Of a DNA stretch of 64,000 nucleotides, positions 62,470 through 64,000 are shown piece by piece (within the stretch, counting starts at the first letter, position 1; the number at the start of each line of letters is the position of its first letter). The stretch covers positions 240,374,001-240,438,000 of the forward strand of contig OZ024743.1 in NCBI GenBank assembly GCA_964016885.1, written 5' to 3'. A model generated the notes under the pieces. It was not told the origin of the DNA. It did no database searches and was given only the letters and a program-made list of their open reading frames with translations. Position numbers and translations under genes: made by a program. Origin of the DNA: Eledone cirrhosa (lineage: Eukaryota).

Positions 62470-64000
62470 TCATCATCATCATCATCACCGTTTTACGTCC
62501 GTTCTTCCACGCTAGCATGGGTTAGACGGGTTGTCCTGTTGTGGGCAGTGTCTGGTCGGCTGACCATGCCTTGCTCATACAGGAACTGATCTGGCTTGAT
62601 TTCTACAGCTGGATGCCCTTCCTAACACCAACCTCATTTACAGTGAGTGCTGGGTGCTTTTTCGTGGCGCCTACACGTCCACTTTACAGTGTGGGCTGGG
62701 TGCTTTTTTGCCGTGGCACCTCCACGACCACCTTGCGGTGGGGGGGGGGGGGGGGGGGGGCATATTGTTTATATGCTTCAGCATGTACCCATGGGAGGTC
62801 GGGTACCCTGTATTACTGCGTGACGCCAGAAGTCACGGTCGTGTGTCATTGACTTTGAGAGGTGTAGTTGGGTAAGGTCGGCTTTTATCACCTCATCCCA
62901 AGTCATCTTGGGTCTCCCCACTCCGCGGTTTCCATCAACTTCTAGTGCTCTGCACCTTTTTATGCAGCTGTCATCCTCCATACGCATCACATGTCCATAC
63001 CAGCGTAACCGCCTCTCCTGCACGCAGCATTTGATTCCTCTTATGCTCAGTCTCTCTCTCAATTCATTTATGCTTTGTCGTTCACGTATATTACTGTTAC
63101 ACATCCATCGGAGCATGCAGGCTTCGTTTCTCTCTAATCTACGTAAGTCTTCCACCTTCAGCGCCCAGGTCTCACTACCATGCAACATCGCTGTTCGGAT
63201 ACACGCATCATACAGTCTGCCTTTCATTCTGAGGGAGAAGCCTTTTGCAGCTAGCAGTGGTAGTAGTTCCCTAAACTTCTTCCATCCCGTTCTTACCCTA
63301 GTTATTGTACTTTCTGAGCACCCACCTCCGTTGCTAATTCGGTCACCTAGGTAGCAGAAGCTGTCTACTGTTTCTACAGGGCCCTCCCAGAGATTGGTGG
63401 TACTTGTTTCCTGTGGCTGTTTGCTTGCTGTTTCAGCACAGCTGCTGCATGTGAATCCTGCATTCTTAATTAAGCTTCCTGAGATCCCGCTACATCTCTT
63501 GTGTACCCATTGTTTGCATTTGGGGCAAAGAATGGAGTTCCTACCTACACCTTTCCTACATACTGAGCAAGGCCATTTCCCTGAGGGGATCTGGGTTCTG
63601 TTTTCTCGTTTACTTATAAGGACCTTAGTCTTTGTCATGTTGACTTTGAGGCCCTTTCTCTCTAGTCCCTGCTTCCAGGTTTGGAATTTATTCTCTAGTT
63701 CTACCATAGATTCAGCTATGAGTGCGAGGTCATCAGCATACAGGAGTTCCCATGGGCATCCGGTCTTAAACTCCTCCGTTATTGCCTGCAGGACTATGAT
63801 GAACAGGAGAGGGCTAAGAACAGAGCCCTGGTGGACCCCAACCTGTACGCTAAATTCCTCGCTATACTCATTGCCAATCCTAACTTTGCTGACTGCTCCC
63901 CTATACATGGCTTGTACCGCTTTCACAAGCCATTCATCTACTCCTAGTTTTCTAAGAGCCCACCAGATTACTGCACGTGGAACTCTGTCAAAGGCTTTCT
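62470..64000 (-). mobile_element. RTE-type LINE 3' part with intact RT C-terminus; continues beyond window
   Basis: 382-aa ORF 62778-63926: GVHQGSVLSPLLF, LLYADD, embedded Cys-rich finger, RRLRWYGHV; (GAT)n tail. Confidence 0.93.

Overview
AT-rich, microsatellite- and transposon-dense eukaryotic DNA. The repeat complement (tRNA-derived SINEs, RTE/CR1/Tx1 LINEs, Penelope remnants) looks like octopus/cephalopod, which is an inference. Most ORF-track entries are spurious or transposon debris. The main content is one intron-rich gene on the minus strand spanning almost the whole window. I assembled seven exons by hand (62216-62034, 32702-32622, 19030-18846, 16334-16160, 14997-14902, 5597-5448, 3030-2884). 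All have GT-AG boundaries and compatible phases, giving 1017 nt / about 339 codons with no stop. The product has two complete avidin/streptavidin-type domains joined by an ~80-aa linker, i.e. a natural tandem avidin. Both domains keep the canonical biotin-binding residues and have an extra Cys pair. The first and last exons appear to lie outside the window. The introns hold unusual splice-related structures: a ~29-copy 24-bp array of 5' splice-site mimics right after exon F, a triplicated donor after exon D, a potential recursive splice site at exon F, inverted LINE copies bracketing exons C-E, and long hairpins near three exons. Also present: a type I hammerhead ribozyme, a nested RTE>hAT>SINE insertion, a near-complete CR1 ORF2, a Tx1-like LINE, a Helitron and several MITEs.
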